A stretch of DNA of 64,000 nucleotides from Candidatus Heimdallarchaeota archaeon (GTDB taxonomy: Archaea; Asgardarchaeota; Heimdallarchaeia; JABLTI01), in NCBI GenBank assembly GCA_018238155.1, contig JABCTZ010000036.1, positions 96,001 through 160,000 on the forward strand, read 5' to 3'. Under the pieces are notes generated by a model. It worked only from the letters and a program-made list of their open reading frames with translations. It made no database searches and had not been told where the DNA came from. This document shows, piece by piece, positions 20,638 to 31,163 of this stretch (positions are counted from its first letter, which is position 1; the number at the start of each line of letters is the position of its first letter). The position numbers were made by a program, and so were the translations under genes.

Positions 20638-21444
20638 TCAATCTCTACCCAATGTTTTTGTTTTCGCTCTTAATTGAACTCCTTCATGATTTGGATACTT
20701 TTTCGCCATTCCCTCTAACTCTTCATCTAATTCAGCAACAAGATCAATATATTTATCATCTTTTCTAAATGCAGTCATAGCTGTTACAATACCATTTGCT
20801 CTTTGTAAAATGAAATCCTCGTCATCAGGGAACTCTGCAGTTAGATCCATTAATTCGTCCAAAAGTGTGATGGCAAATTTATATTCCTTCAATTTGCTTA
20901 AATAACCCATTGCATTTACTAATCCTTTCACTAAAGCAAGTTGTATGTCGTTATTCTCACTATGAGCAGTACCAAGTGCAAGTAATTCATTAATTAGCTG
21001 CTTAATTGGTTCTATTAACTCTCTTTGACCAAAATTAATAATTGAATTAACGAGACCTCCTGCAAGGGATCTTTGGCAAGACATATTCATTGGATATGTT
21101 CTCGCAAAAAGGCGAAGCTCTTCAAGGCGTGCATACATAGAATCGAATTTTTGTTTTTTCATTAAATATGACATGGAATTTGCAAGTGCGGTGGAAAATT
21201 GATTCTGAACTTCTTCAATATCTCCATATTCTGCTACAATATCTCTAAATCGCAATAATACTAGATCAATTCCCTCTGGATCACCAGACATGCCAAAAAT
21301 AGTAATGGTATTAACTAGACCTTTAGCATAACGTAATAGATTCATTTGATCTTTTGGGTTATCTACTGCTTTCTGTCGCATCTCATCTAATTGACCCATT
21401 GTTCTATCGTAGAATACTTGCCGTTTTTTATCTTCTTCAGTCAT
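20638..21444 (-). CDS. Alpha-solenoid protein with ~44-aa repeats
   Basis: Five to six repeats with L.EL......P.....Q..LAxGLVN consensus. Confidence 0.7.
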   Translation of the reverse strand: MTEEDKKRQVFYDRTMGQLDEMRQKAVDNPKDQMNLLRYAKGLVNTITIFGMSGDPEGIDLVLLRFRDIVAEYGDIEEVQNQFSTALANSMSYLMKKQKFDSMYARLEELRLFARTYPMNMSCQRSLAGGLVNSIINFGQRELIEPIKQLINELLALGTAHSENNDIQLALVKGLVNAMGYLSKLKEYKFAITLLDELMDLTAEFPDDEDFILQRANGIVTAMTAFRKDDKYIDLVAELDEELEGMAKKYPNHEGVQLRAKTKTLGRD

Positions 21445-21608
21445 AATTGTTTCTCCTGCTTTTATTATCAGATGATGCCAAACTCTTACTTATTTTCCCT
21501 CTTTGTTTATAAATGCTTTTTCTCTCTGCTTTGAAACTGGTTCGATTATTTAAATTTGTTCTCATGCAATAAGTCTAATACTCTTTTAGAGATTATTTAT
21601 TTTTGTCT

Positions 21609-22724
21609 TCAATTTTTATTCTTTAACTTGTTAATTGTTTCTTTCAAAGCTTCCAAGAATTTGGTATTATTTTCTTTTGAAGTTACACTCATCCTTAAGC
21701 AATTTTCGCAAAGTGGCACTTTACTCATATTTCTAATAAGAACCCCTGTGTCTCTAAGTAAATTTTCCTGAATTTCGTCAGCTGAGAAATTATTTACTTT
21801 AAACATGATGAAATTAGTAAAAGATTTGTAAGGAGTAATTTCAGATATTTTTTGTAATTCGAGGAATATTCTTTCTCTTTCAGTTACAATCCCTTTAGTT
21901 AAATTTGTTAGCAATTTGTTTTCTTGTATAACTGCTTTAGCTAATTCTAGAGATGCTATGTTTACATTGAATGCAGGAAGAAGTTCCTTTATTCTTGAAA
22001 CTAAAAACTCATCACCTAATGCATATCCAATTCTCATACCTGCCATACCATAAAATTTTGACATGCTTTTCATGATGATTAGATTTGGATAGTCATCTAG
22101 TGCGTTAATAAGAGAATATTGACCAAAATCTGAATACGTTTCGTCTAATGCAACGATGCCTGGGAATTCAGAAATAAGCTTTCGCAATTTTCCCTCTTCA
22201 AATTGATTTCCAGTTGGATTGTTAGGCGAACAGAGAAATAGCAATCGATCCTTTTTTGGTGTTATATTAGATAAAATATAATCTGTGTCAAGATCAAATT
22301 CAGGAGCAGGCGTTAAAAGAAGTTCAGTTATTCCTCCACCTTGAACTTTTGCTGCATGTTCATACATTGGATACGTAGGATTGATAATAACAGCATTTTG
22401 ACCTGCAATAATTGTTAATCGTACCATAAGATCAATAATTTTATCTCCTCCATTTCCAATCACAACTTGGTTAGAGTTTAGATTATTTTTTTCTGCTACC
22501 AGATCACATAAAGAATCACAATAGTCTTCTGGATATATTCTTGGGTCGATTTTTGCTGCAATTTGTTTCATTAATTTTTTAATGACTTCTTCTGGGAAAG
22601 CCAGATTTTCATTTAAACCTATTCGAACAGTTACTTTTTCCTTAATTTTCGCAGGCATAAATCCTCCTTTTCCTTGAAAGGGGTCATTAATCATGCTAGA
22701 CAAATAGACTTTTTTCTCTTGCAT
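21609..22724 (-). CDS. hisC: Histidinol-phosphate aminotransferase family (PLP)
   Basis: LNEN, GNGGD, CSPNNPTG, DETY, SMSKFYGMAGMRIGY; not in a his operon, so the substrate is uncertain. Confidence 0.75.
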   Translation of the reverse strand: MQEKKVYLSSMINDPFQGKGGFMPAKIKEKVTVRIGLNENLAFPEEVIKKLMKQIAAKIDPRIYPEDYCDSLCDLVAEKNNLNSNQVVIGNGGDKIIDLMVRLTIIAGQNAVIINPTYPMYEHAAKVQGGGITELLLTPAPEFDLDTDYILSNITPKKDRLLFLCSPNNPTGNQFEEGKLRKLISEFPGIVALDETYSDFGQYSLINALDDYPNLIIMKSMSKFYGMAGMRIGYALGDEFLVSRIKELLPAFNVNIASLELAKAVIQENKLLTNLTKGIVTERERIFLELQKISEITPYKSFTNFIMFKVNNFSADEIQENLLRDTGVLIRNMSKVPLCENCLRMSVTSKENNTKFLEALKETINKLKNKN

Positions 22725-22779
22725 TAATTATCAAATCCAATTATATTCTGCTAGTTAAACTCTAGTAAATGTTTTTTGG

Positions 22780-25161
22780 TTACTCAAGACCAAGTTCCTT
22801 TTTGACCGTATTTGTCCAAGCTTGGAACTTCATACCATGTCTCATTGGACCTATGAATTTAATCTGTTTAGACATATACGCTGAAGCGGCATTAACTTCT
22901 CCTGTAAATATCCCTGCAGCAACTGATTTATCCATCTCAATTAGGACATCATTAGATTCCAATATTCCTTCTCCGGTAGAAAATTTTCCGTTATCAATGT
23001 TTATCCAGTATCCTGGTCCGGGAACGATTTTAAATTGGAAATTCAGTTTTGATTTCTTTGATTTATTCTGAATTTTCTTATTGCCATTACATATTTCAAC
23101 TAAAACTTCAAGGTATTCAGGAATGTCTTCTAAATCAAAAGTTCCAGATTTCACTTTGGAAATAACAACTCCACGCAATCCTTCACCAAAAGAAGAAGCA
23201 TCCACTGATTTTGGCGGTTCAGCAGTTTCTAAAGTTAAGCCAATTTCAAATCCATCATGAATTGCATCAAGCATTTTTCTTACTCTTTTCCTTTTACAAT
23301 CTCCAATTTTGAAAACTTTTGGAACTAGTTTTTTCATATCATCTTCAATATCACAAAACGGCTTTGGTTCAATGGTGTTTACAATAGCATCAAATGCTAC
23401 AGTTTTTTCTTCATTATCTTTTAGTAAAATTGCTTCGTTCTTTTTGATTAATTTTATTGACGTTCCAACATGTACGGTAATGAGTTCATTATCAAATGTT
23501 TGTTGTACTATTTCTGAGCCAACGAGAGAATATAGATCTGCACCCAGAATTGAACTTTCTTCTATTAAAATTACTGATTTACCTTTACTTGTAAGATAAT
23601 CCGCAACCTCAATTCCAATCATACCACCGTTTAGAACAAGGATAGTTTTTCCCTCTGGAATGTTTCCACTTAAAACTTCTTCAAAAGTAGAGACCTGATC
23701 ATCAATTAGTCCATTTATAACAGGGATTTGTATCTTAGAACCCGTAGCTAAAATTGCTACGTTGGGTTTAAAATCTTCAACTATCTTTTCATCAAAAGTG
23801 GTGTTTAATTTGAGAGGAATAGCTAATTTCTCAATCAATATTTCATAATAATTTAGTACATTGTTTAGTTCAGATTTCATTGGTGAAACTTTGGCCAACA
23901 ACAAACTACCACCTATCTTATCTTTGCTTTCAATTAGTAAAACTTCATGCCCTCTTAATTTCGCTACTCGAGCAGCTTCTAATCCTGCTGGTCCTGCTCC
24001 AACAATTAGTACTTTCTGAGGATCAATTGTTCTTCCAATATCCTCATCTGTTCCAAGTACATTTGGATTTACTGCACACTTTAATGATTCTTCAATTAAT
24101 ATCTGATTTAAACAAGCATTACATGCCGGGCATATAATTACCTCATCTCTCTTTCCCTCTTGTAATTTATTTGGGAGAAATGGATCTGCTATTAGTGCTC
24201 TTCCCATAGCTACCATATCTGCTCTCCCTTCCTGTAGGATTTTTTCTGCAATTTCAGGTGTATTTATTCTTCCTACAACACAAATTGGCACTTTTTGAAC
24301 TGCACTTTTAATTATCGCCGAATATTCTGAATATACACCACGTGGAATGTTCATAAATGGGACAACAGGATAATAGGGCGAATCAAAAATACCTGCTGTA
24401 ATATTGATGAGGCCTACTCCATTTTCCTCGAGAGCAACAGCAATTTTTGCCATATCATCTACTTCAAGACCGCCTTCAATATAATCTCTACAGTTTATTC
24501 TAAAACCAATAATGAAATTCTCCCCACACTTATTTCTAATAGCATTCAATATCTCGAGAGCAATTCTCATTCTATTTTCTAAGGAACCACCATACTCGTC
24601 AGTTCTTTTGTTGTACACTGGAGAAAAAAATTGATTAATTAAATATCCATGCCCTGCATGAATTTCTACTCCGTCAAATCCTGCCTTTTTGACACGCAAA
24701 CATGCTTTTGCGTAGTTAGCAGTTAATTTCTTAATCATCTTCTTTGTGAGTGGTTGAGGGATAACTCCTGTTAAAGTGCTTGGTATATCTGACGGACCTA
24801 CTAATTGTTCTCCTGTAATGAAACTTGTAGCTTGAATGCCTGCATGATAAACTTGTATCATCGCGAGCGCACCATGTTTCTTGATGCTTTCAGCAACTTT
24901 TCGTAAATGAGGTATCTTTCTATCATTCTCTGCACTGAGCATACGAAGAGTACCTCGTCCAACAACATCGAAATAAGTTGCTTCAGCAATAATGATACCT
25001 GCACCACCTTTTGATCGTAATTCATAATATTTCAAATTACATTCAGTAGCTTGTCCTTTTTCATCTCCAAAATTAGTATCCATCCCTGGCATTACTATTC
25101 TATTTCTAATCATCACATTTCCAATTGTAATAGGTTCAAATAGTTTCAATCGCTTCACCAA
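22780..25161 (-). CDS. FadH/BaiCD-like NADH:flavin oxidoreductase (OYE + [4Fe-4S] + FAD domain) fused to a C-terminal SCP2 domain
   Basis: NRIVMP, EIHAGHGYLINQF, NKRTDEYGGSLENR, CPACNACL...CAVNP, VGAGPAG; C-terminal FQFKI..GPGYWI.I.NGK...GEVNAASAYMSKQIKF.G is SCP2-like. Confidence 0.9.
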   Translation of the reverse strand: MVKRLKLFEPITIGNVMIRNRIVMPGMDTNFGDEKGQATECNLKYYELRSKGGAGIIIAEATYFDVVGRGTLRMLSAENDRKIPHLRKVAESIKKHGALAMIQVYHAGIQATSFITGEQLVGPSDIPSTLTGVIPQPLTKKMIKKLTANYAKACLRVKKAGFDGVEIHAGHGYLINQFFSPVYNKRTDEYGGSLENRMRIALEILNAIRNKCGENFIIGFRINCRDYIEGGLEVDDMAKIAVALEENGVGLINITAGIFDSPYYPVVPFMNIPRGVYSEYSAIIKSAVQKVPICVVGRINTPEIAEKILQEGRADMVAMGRALIADPFLPNKLQEGKRDEVIICPACNACLNQILIEESLKCAVNPNVLGTDEDIGRTIDPQKVLIVGAGPAGLEAARVAKLRGHEVLLIESKDKIGGSLLLAKVSPMKSELNNVLNYYEILIEKLAIPLKLNTTFDEKIVEDFKPNVAILATGSKIQIPVINGLIDDQVSTFEEVLSGNIPEGKTILVLNGGMIGIEVADYLTSKGKSVILIEESSILGADLYSLVGSEIVQQTFDNELITVHVGTSIKLIKKNEAILLKDNEEKTVAFDAIVNTIEPKPFCDIEDDMKKLVPKVFKIGDCKRKRVRKMLDAIHDGFEIGLTLETAEPPKSVDASSFGEGLRGVVISKVKSGTFDLEDIPEYLEVLVEICNGNKKIQNKSKKSKLNFQFKIVPGPGYWINIDNGKFSTGEGILESNDVLIEMDKSVAAGIFTGEVNAASAYMSKQIKFIGPMRHGMKFQAWTNTVKKELGLE

Positions 25162-25284
25162 TATTTATTGTTAGTAATTAATACTACATGTAATTAGTTA
25201 TTATGATAAAAAATTTACCTTAAAAAAAGCAATCAATTCTCAAGGAGTATATTACGTTCTATTACAAGAAGACCCACAATCCTT

Positions 25285-27267
25285 TTGAGAAGAAAAAATC
25301 CTTCTACAAATATGAAACGAATAAGCTTTGATTTCACTGCTGAATGGTTTAGATTAATATTGATCCTTTTTGGTGGTTTACTTGTAGGTGGTATAATGTT
25401 TCTTTTTAATAGTTTAACGGGGTTCTTTACAGCATTCACACTCCTTATTCAGATAATTATAATCATTGTTTTTTGTTTATGGTATTTAAGATTAATATTT
25501 GCTTATATAACAGAACTAAGAAAAAAAAACCCCGAGAAAAAAGTTGGCATTCCTATTGGTTGGGCTATAGCTGGATTGCTTATTACTCTTATCAATTTCA
25601 TTGTATGGATAGGACTTTCAGTTATGATGTATAATTTCCCGAAAGTGGTTTTCTTTATACCAACTGCTTTAGCAATGGTTCAAATTCTTTACTTGTTCAT
25701 AAAAAGCAATAGACGAAATATGAAAGATTGGTTTCTATTATTATACAATAGCTTTTCATTTCTCTATCTATTTATTTGGATGTTATTTGATTTTGGAGTT
25801 GATATGCCTGGGGTATTAGGGGTTTTTAGTCATACAATTACTGGCAATGTTATGTGGTGGCAATTACTATTCGTTAATACAGGAGCATTCTTCTCACCAA
25901 CATTTATTTTTCCACCCTATCTTTTAAATCCAAGATATTATTTTGCACAACCAGTAGATGAATATCTTGCTGAGAAAAAAGCACAGGAAGATAAAATTGA
26001 ATCCAAAAAACAAATCGAAATAGCTAAAACTGAAGAAACTGAACAAGAAAAGATTTTACCAGGTGAAAGGAAACCATTTTTCGAGGAAAGAGAAAAACAG
26101 CGAGAAATTGATGAAGAAGTTAAGGCAATAGAAAAAGAAGTTTCAAGAATGAACATTGATAAAGATGTACAACATGCAGAATATGTTGGTTCTAGTGACA
26201 TCTCCTTTTCATATAGGCAGATCATAGCAAGATTTGATACCTTTTTACGGACATTTTCTCTCAGCGTTATTTTAATTCTAATCGTTATTACTCCCGTCAT
26301 GTTTGCGGGAAATATTTCTATGAATATATCTCCGGCTTATAACAAATTGGACTTTGCTCAAAAACCAGATATGGTTATTGCCGTAGATGGGAGCGTTTTC
26401 TCCTCATATGATTTTGAGGGAAATTTTTCTTATTACTGGAATACTGAACTGATCAATGAAATTGATCTTGCTAAGGATTTACATGCAACGCATCTACGTT
26501 ATAATATTAAATCAAGAATACTAAACAATACCAAATCAAAGCAAATACTTGACTCTGGTATTGCAATGATCCAGAATCAGGGTTTGAAAGTTATTCTAGC
26601 GGTAAGTGGTGATTTATTTTTCTTAAAGAAAGATTTGATTGATAATATCTATAAAGATGCTATTTCACTTGCTCAAGATTATCAACCTGATTATATGGTA
26701 GTTTATAATGAAATCAATGGTGAATTGCTGAATAACATAAATGAAATTTCTACAATAGATGATTGGCTACCTGCAATCGCAAATGTCACAAATAAAATTA
26801 AATCTTTAAGTCCCTCTACAAAAGTGGTTTCTTCTTTGTTAGCAACAAAGAATGGTATGAGTGATTTGCAATCAATGCTAGCTTATAATACCAGTTTAGA
26901 TGTTATCAGTATTAGTTTCTATCCTATTTTCTTTGGATGGCGTTTCAATTTGCTGAAGGAATACAGTGTTCTTTTCCATCAAGAAAGCTCCGGTGAAAAA
27001 TACTGGATTGGTGAAACAGGAATGGAAACATTGAACTATGGAGAAGGTGCGCAAGCTCGTTACTTAGCTAAAGTCCTTGATTTAGCAGCAAAAACAACAG
27101 AACTAGATGCGGATGGTGTGTGTATTAAAAGTCTAATAGATAATCATGGATATACAATAGAGCATGGGATAACAAGTCACATGGGTCTTGTTTATTTCAA
27201 CGGAAAGAAGAAAAAATCATTTGATGCAGTAAAATATGCTGCAGAAGTGATATTTTCGCTTACTTAA
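25285..27267 (+). CDS. Multi-TM membrane protein fused to a clan GH-A-like glycoside hydrolase TIM barrel
   Basis: ~6-7 N-terminal TMs, a charged coil, one more TM, then VYNEING (acid/base), ISFYP, WIGETG (nucleophile), MGLV...KKKSF. Confidence 0.65.
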   Translation: MRRKNPSTNMKRISFDFTAEWFRLILILFGGLLVGGIMFLFNSLTGFFTAFTLLIQIIIIIVFCLWYLRLIFAYITELRKKNPEKKVGIPIGWAIAGLLITLINFIVWIGLSVMMYNFPKVVFFIPTALAMVQILYLFIKSNRRNMKDWFLLLYNSFSFLYLFIWMLFDFGVDMPGVLGVFSHTITGNVMWWQLLFVNTGAFFSPTFIFPPYLLNPRYYFAQPVDEYLAEKKAQEDKIESKKQIEIAKTEETEQEKILPGERKPFFEEREKQREIDEEVKAIEKEVSRMNIDKDVQHAEYVGSSDISFSYRQIIARFDTFLRTFSLSVILILIVITPVMFAGNISMNISPAYNKLDFAQKPDMVIAVDGSVFSSYDFEGNFSYYWNTELINEIDLAKDLHATHLRYNIKSRILNNTKSKQILDSGIAMIQNQGLKVILAVSGDLFFLKKDLIDNIYKDAISLAQDYQPDYMVVYNEINGELLNNINEISTIDDWLPAIANVTNKIKSLSPSTKVVSSLLATKNGMSDLQSMLAYNTSLDVISISFYPIFFGWRFNLLKEYSVLFHQESSGEKYWIGETGMETLNYGEGAQARYLAKVLDLAAKTTELDADGVCIKSLIDNHGYTIEHGITSHMGLVYFNGKKKKSFDAVKYAAEVIFSLT

Positions 27268-27448
27268 ACCGCCATTTTTCAATAAACATTACCGAAAGTT
27301 TTTTTTAAATAAAAAAAAACTCCCCTTTTGCTGAGAATTGCCTAACCAAAGAGACAAAGCAATTAAAAAGAGAACATATTTATTGTTATAATATAAAAGA
27401 AGGCAAAAAAGCACTTCGATTAATAAACTAAAACTGAGGGTCCGCTTC

Positions 27449-28006
27449 ATGAGTTTCCGTGAAAGAAGATTCAAAACATCAACAGAAAAAGACATAAAAA
27501 TTCGATTATTAAATTGGACTGATCTAAATGGAATTACAAAGTTCCATGGTGAATTATACGATTGCAATTATTTTGATTCCCCACCCAACACTACTTTAGA
27601 AGTTAGATATGTTTTACGTAATTTGGAAGCGAGGGAACTTGCAGGCGGCTTAAGCTTAATAGCTGAACATCAGAAAGAGGTTATTGCTGAAGCAACACTT
27701 GAGACAAGTGTTTTTGGTATTCCAGTTCAGAAGCATGTGGGTAAAATTGGTGTAGTTGTATTACCTGAATGGAGACGTTTAGGAATTGGTACTGAATTAA
27801 TTACTGCTTTAGAGCATTTTGCAATAAGAAATGGTATCTTAACCCTTTGGACCCACTTCGAACGCGATTGTGAAGCCGAAGAAAATTTCTACTGTGAAAA
27901 ACACAAGTATGTTAAAACAGGGTTGCTTAAAAAAGCATTAATGCGTCAAAACAAACCTAAGGATCATTTAATTGTTCAGAAGGAACTTCCAAGAGGCGGA
28001 ATTTAA
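27449..28006 (+). CDS. GNAT family acetyltransferase
   Basis: VVLPEWRRLGIGTELI acetyl-CoA motif A; NFY. Confidence 0.85.
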   Translation: MSFRERRFKTSTEKDIKIRLLNWTDLNGITKFHGELYDCNYFDSPPNTTLEVRYVLRNLEARELAGGLSLIAEHQKEVIAEATLETSVFGIPVQKHVGKIGVVVLPEWRRLGIGTELITALEHFAIRNGILTLWTHFERDCEAEENFYCEKHKYVKTGLLKKALMRQNKPKDHLIVQKELPRGGI

Positions 28007-28139
28007 CCTTTTTTTCTTAAGTTTTGCTGAAACGCAAAACTTTATTTTCTTCTTTAAGTAATCAGCTTATACTCAGCAAAAAGTTTTGTATTTATCATTA
28101 ACTTTCAGCTAATCATTTCTCTCTTGGAGCTCAATTTAA

Positions 28140-31100
28140 ATGTCTAAAAAAGGAACAAATACTTCTAAAAATAAAAAAAATAAGGTATCTGTTTCGAAAG
28201 AAAAAGAATTTGATTTTTCAAAACTTGAAAAAAAAATCAATGAACTTGAATTTGCATTAATTCAAAGTGAAATGAAACAGTTAGGACTTTTTGAGCTAAC
28301 AAATGATGCGATATTTTTTATCAGTATGGATGGAAATTATCATGATGTTAACTTGAGAGCAGCAGAAATGTTAGGTTACAATCGACAAGATGTGATTGGC
28401 AAGAGCGCACTCCATTTTATTGTTGAAGAAGAAAAAGAGAGCTCTTCAAAGAAACTAGCAGATTTACAAGCAGGTCGCATTCTTCCAATATACACCAGAA
28501 CTTTCAAGAGAAGAAATGGCTCTACTTTTCGAGCAGAAATTAATGCCGCTGTTGTTCAGGATGAAGAGGGGAATCCTGTTTATATCCAAAGTGCTGTTAG
28601 AGATATTAGTGAGAGAGTTGAAGCAGAAGATTCCTTGAACCGTGAAAGAAAAGCCTATAACTTAATTTCAGAAGCAATTATTTATTCAGAAGATCTTAAA
28701 GACTTTTGTAATAGATGTCTTTCCGGTTTGACTTCACTTTTAGGTTTTGATGATTCAACTGTAAGGACATTTGATGAAGATTCTCGAATGTTAAATCCCA
28801 TAACTTCTATTAGTGTATTAAAGGATGGTGACATTTCATTAATAGGTCCTAAATCGATAGATGATCCTAATTTCATTTTTTCATTAACAGCACGTACTAA
28901 ACGAATTATCGTTTCAACAAGATCTGAGGATAGAGTTATTCTAGCACCTTTTGCTAAACGCTTAAAAGAGTTAAATGTTCATGCACTTATTTCCTGGCCG
29001 ATACTTGATGGAAAAGAAGAGCTTCTTGGGACTTTACAATTGATATCTTATAAACATAAAGAAATTACTGATGAAGATTTACTTTTCTTTGATATTATAG
29101 CTCATATGTTTACTGTTGCATTTGAAAGAAAAAGAAGCGATGATGCTTTGAGAAACAGCGAAAAAAAATATCGTTCTTTTGCTCAGAATTTTCAAGGCAT
29201 TATTTACAGAATCCGCAGAGATGGTACACCAATATTCTATAATGGTGCAATGGAAGAAATTTCAGGCTATACGACTCATGAGTTAACTTCTATGAATCCA
29301 AAATGGATTGATATTGTTCATCCTGATGACCAAGAAATGGTTAAGAGTGAATTTAATCGTTTACTTTCTCCTCAGTGTACAATAATTGATATTGAATATC
29401 GAATAATTCGTAAAGATGGACTGATCAGATGGGTTCACGAAATAGGTCAAACAATTTGTAATGAAAGAAATGATCCCATTTGGATTCATGGTGTGATTTA
29501 TGACATATCTGAAAGAAAGCGTTCAGAGGAAATTCAAGCAAAACAAAGAGACATTAGTAATTCTCTTGCTGCAACAAGCAATTTAGCAGAAGCATTATCA
29601 GTTGTTCTAGATGTTACTTCAGAAATGGATGTCATGGACTCTGGAAGTATTTACATTATTGATAGAGACTCACGTTTTCTGGATTTGATTGACACAAAAA
29701 ACCTTCCCAAAGAAGTAGCGAAAGAATTAGCTTACTTTTCAACTCATTCCCCATTCACACAAGCAATCCTTTCTGGAAAACCTGTCTATATTGAATCTGT
29801 TGGTCAAATGCCACAAAACATTGATGATAATTTGAAAAAGGAAGGGATTCTTGCAATAGCAACTCTTCCAATTATTTCTGAAGGAAATATTGTTGCTGCT
29901 ATTTTCTTGGCTTCACGTAAGTCAATTAGCATACCAATAAACACTCGAAATGCATTAGAAACGATTGCTTCTCAAATTGGTGCGTCAATATCTCGAATAC
30001 GAGCTGAGGATGCGTTACGAGATAGTGATGAAAGATATCGAACTTTTGTTCAGAATTTTCAAGGTATTGCTTACCAGAGCAAGCTTAATTGGAAGCCTGT
30101 ATTTCTTCATGGGGCGATAAAAGAAATAACTGGTTATACAAGTGAAGAATTGTTATCCGAAAAACCATCTTGGAAAGATATTATTCATCCATATGACTTT
30201 CCAGAATTAGAAGCAATAACTGAAGACTCTATTGCCTCTGAAAGCAAAATAGGTAAATATGAATATCGGTTAATAGCTAAAAATGGTGATATCATTTGGG
30301 TTCGAGATGTTTGGTCGGTTTTGACAAATGAACATGGAAAAACAACTAGTTTTCAAGGTTCCATTTACAATATTTCTGAAAGAAAAGAAGCTCAAAATGG
30401 GTTGGAAAAATTATATCTAGATTTAGAAAAAAGAGTTGGAGAACGTACTGAACAATTAACTCTGATCAATAAAGAATTAACTGCTTTTTCATATTCAGTT
30501 TCACATGATCTTCGAACGCCATTGAGACATATCAGTGGGTTTGCGAATCTATTATCAAAAAGAATAGAGAAATTAACTGACAAAGATGAACGAATTCTTA
30601 GTTATACTCAAAAGATAATCAATTCGACTGAGGAGATGAATAAACTCATTGATGGTTTACTTGTTTTCTCTAGAATGAGTAGAGTTGAAATGGTTAAAAT
30701 AAGAATCAATTTTACTGAATTGGTTCAGGATGTATTGAATGATTTCCAAATAGAATTAGGAAATAGAAAAATTGATGTTGCAGTACACTTTTTACCAGAT
30801 ATTGTTGGTGATCCATCACTGTTGCGACTTGTATTAGTTAATTTAATCTCAAATGCGTTTAAATTTACAAAAATACGTGATATCGCTAAAATTGAAATTG
30901 GAATTATACCCTCGAAGGAAGATGATAAAATAACTGTTTATATCAGGGATAATGGCGTTGGCTTTGATATGAAATATTATGAACGATTATTTGGTGTTTT
31001 CCAGCGATTGCATAAAAATGAAGATTTTGAAGGAACAGGTATAGGGCTAGCAACCGTTCAGAGAGTTGTGCGAAGAATGGGTGGAATAATCTGGGCGGAA

Positions 31101-31163
31101 GGAGATATTGATAAAGGCGCTACTTTCTATTTCTCTGTACCTAAAGCTGTTGATGAAAAATGA
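28140..31163 (+). CDS. Soluble PAS-GAF-PAS-GAF-PAS sensor histidine kinase
   Basis: PAS/PAC repeats (RDISER, YDISERK), GAF segments, SHDLRTPL H-box, NLISNAFKF, DNGVGF, FQRLH, GTGIGLA; no TM and no adjacent response regulator. Confidence 0.95.
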   Translation: MSKKGTNTSKNKKNKVSVSKEKEFDFSKLEKKINELEFALIQSEMKQLGLFELTNDAIFFISMDGNYHDVNLRAAEMLGYNRQDVIGKSALHFIVEEEKESSSKKLADLQAGRILPIYTRTFKRRNGSTFRAEINAAVVQDEEGNPVYIQSAVRDISERVEAEDSLNRERKAYNLISEAIIYSEDLKDFCNRCLSGLTSLLGFDDSTVRTFDEDSRMLNPITSISVLKDGDISLIGPKSIDDPNFIFSLTARTKRIIVSTRSEDRVILAPFAKRLKELNVHALISWPILDGKEELLGTLQLISYKHKEITDEDLLFFDIIAHMFTVAFERKRSDDALRNSEKKYRSFAQNFQGIIYRIRRDGTPIFYNGAMEEISGYTTHELTSMNPKWIDIVHPDDQEMVKSEFNRLLSPQCTIIDIEYRIIRKDGLIRWVHEIGQTICNERNDPIWIHGVIYDISERKRSEEIQAKQRDISNSLAATSNLAEALSVVLDVTSEMDVMDSGSIYIIDRDSRFLDLIDTKNLPKEVAKELAYFSTHSPFTQAILSGKPVYIESVGQMPQNIDDNLKKEGILAIATLPIISEGNIVAAIFLASRKSISIPINTRNALETIASQIGASISRIRAEDALRDSDERYRTFVQNFQGIAYQSKLNWKPVFLHGAIKEITGYTSEELLSEKPSWKDIIHPYDFPELEAITEDSIASESKIGKYEYRLIAKNGDIIWVRDVWSVLTNEHGKTTSFQGSIYNISERKEAQNGLEKLYLDLEKRVGERTEQLTLINKELTAFSYSVSHDLRTPLRHISGFANLLSKRIEKLTDKDERILSYTQKIINSTEEMNKLIDGLLVFSRMSRVEMVKIRINFTELVQDVLNDFQIELGNRKIDVAVHFLPDIVGDPSLLRLVLVNLISNAFKFTKIRDIAKIEIGIIPSKEDDKITVYIRDNGVGFDMKYYERLFGVFQRLHKNEDFEGTGIGLATVQRVVRRMGGIIWAEGDIDKGATFYFSVPKAVDEK

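Noticed and set aside
27289-27567. 92-aa minus-strand ORF and the AT palindrome AGTTTTTTTT-AAAT-AAAAAAAAACT
   Set aside because: The ORF overlaps the GNAT gene antisense and spans homopolymer tracts. The palindrome is low-complexity and terminator-like.
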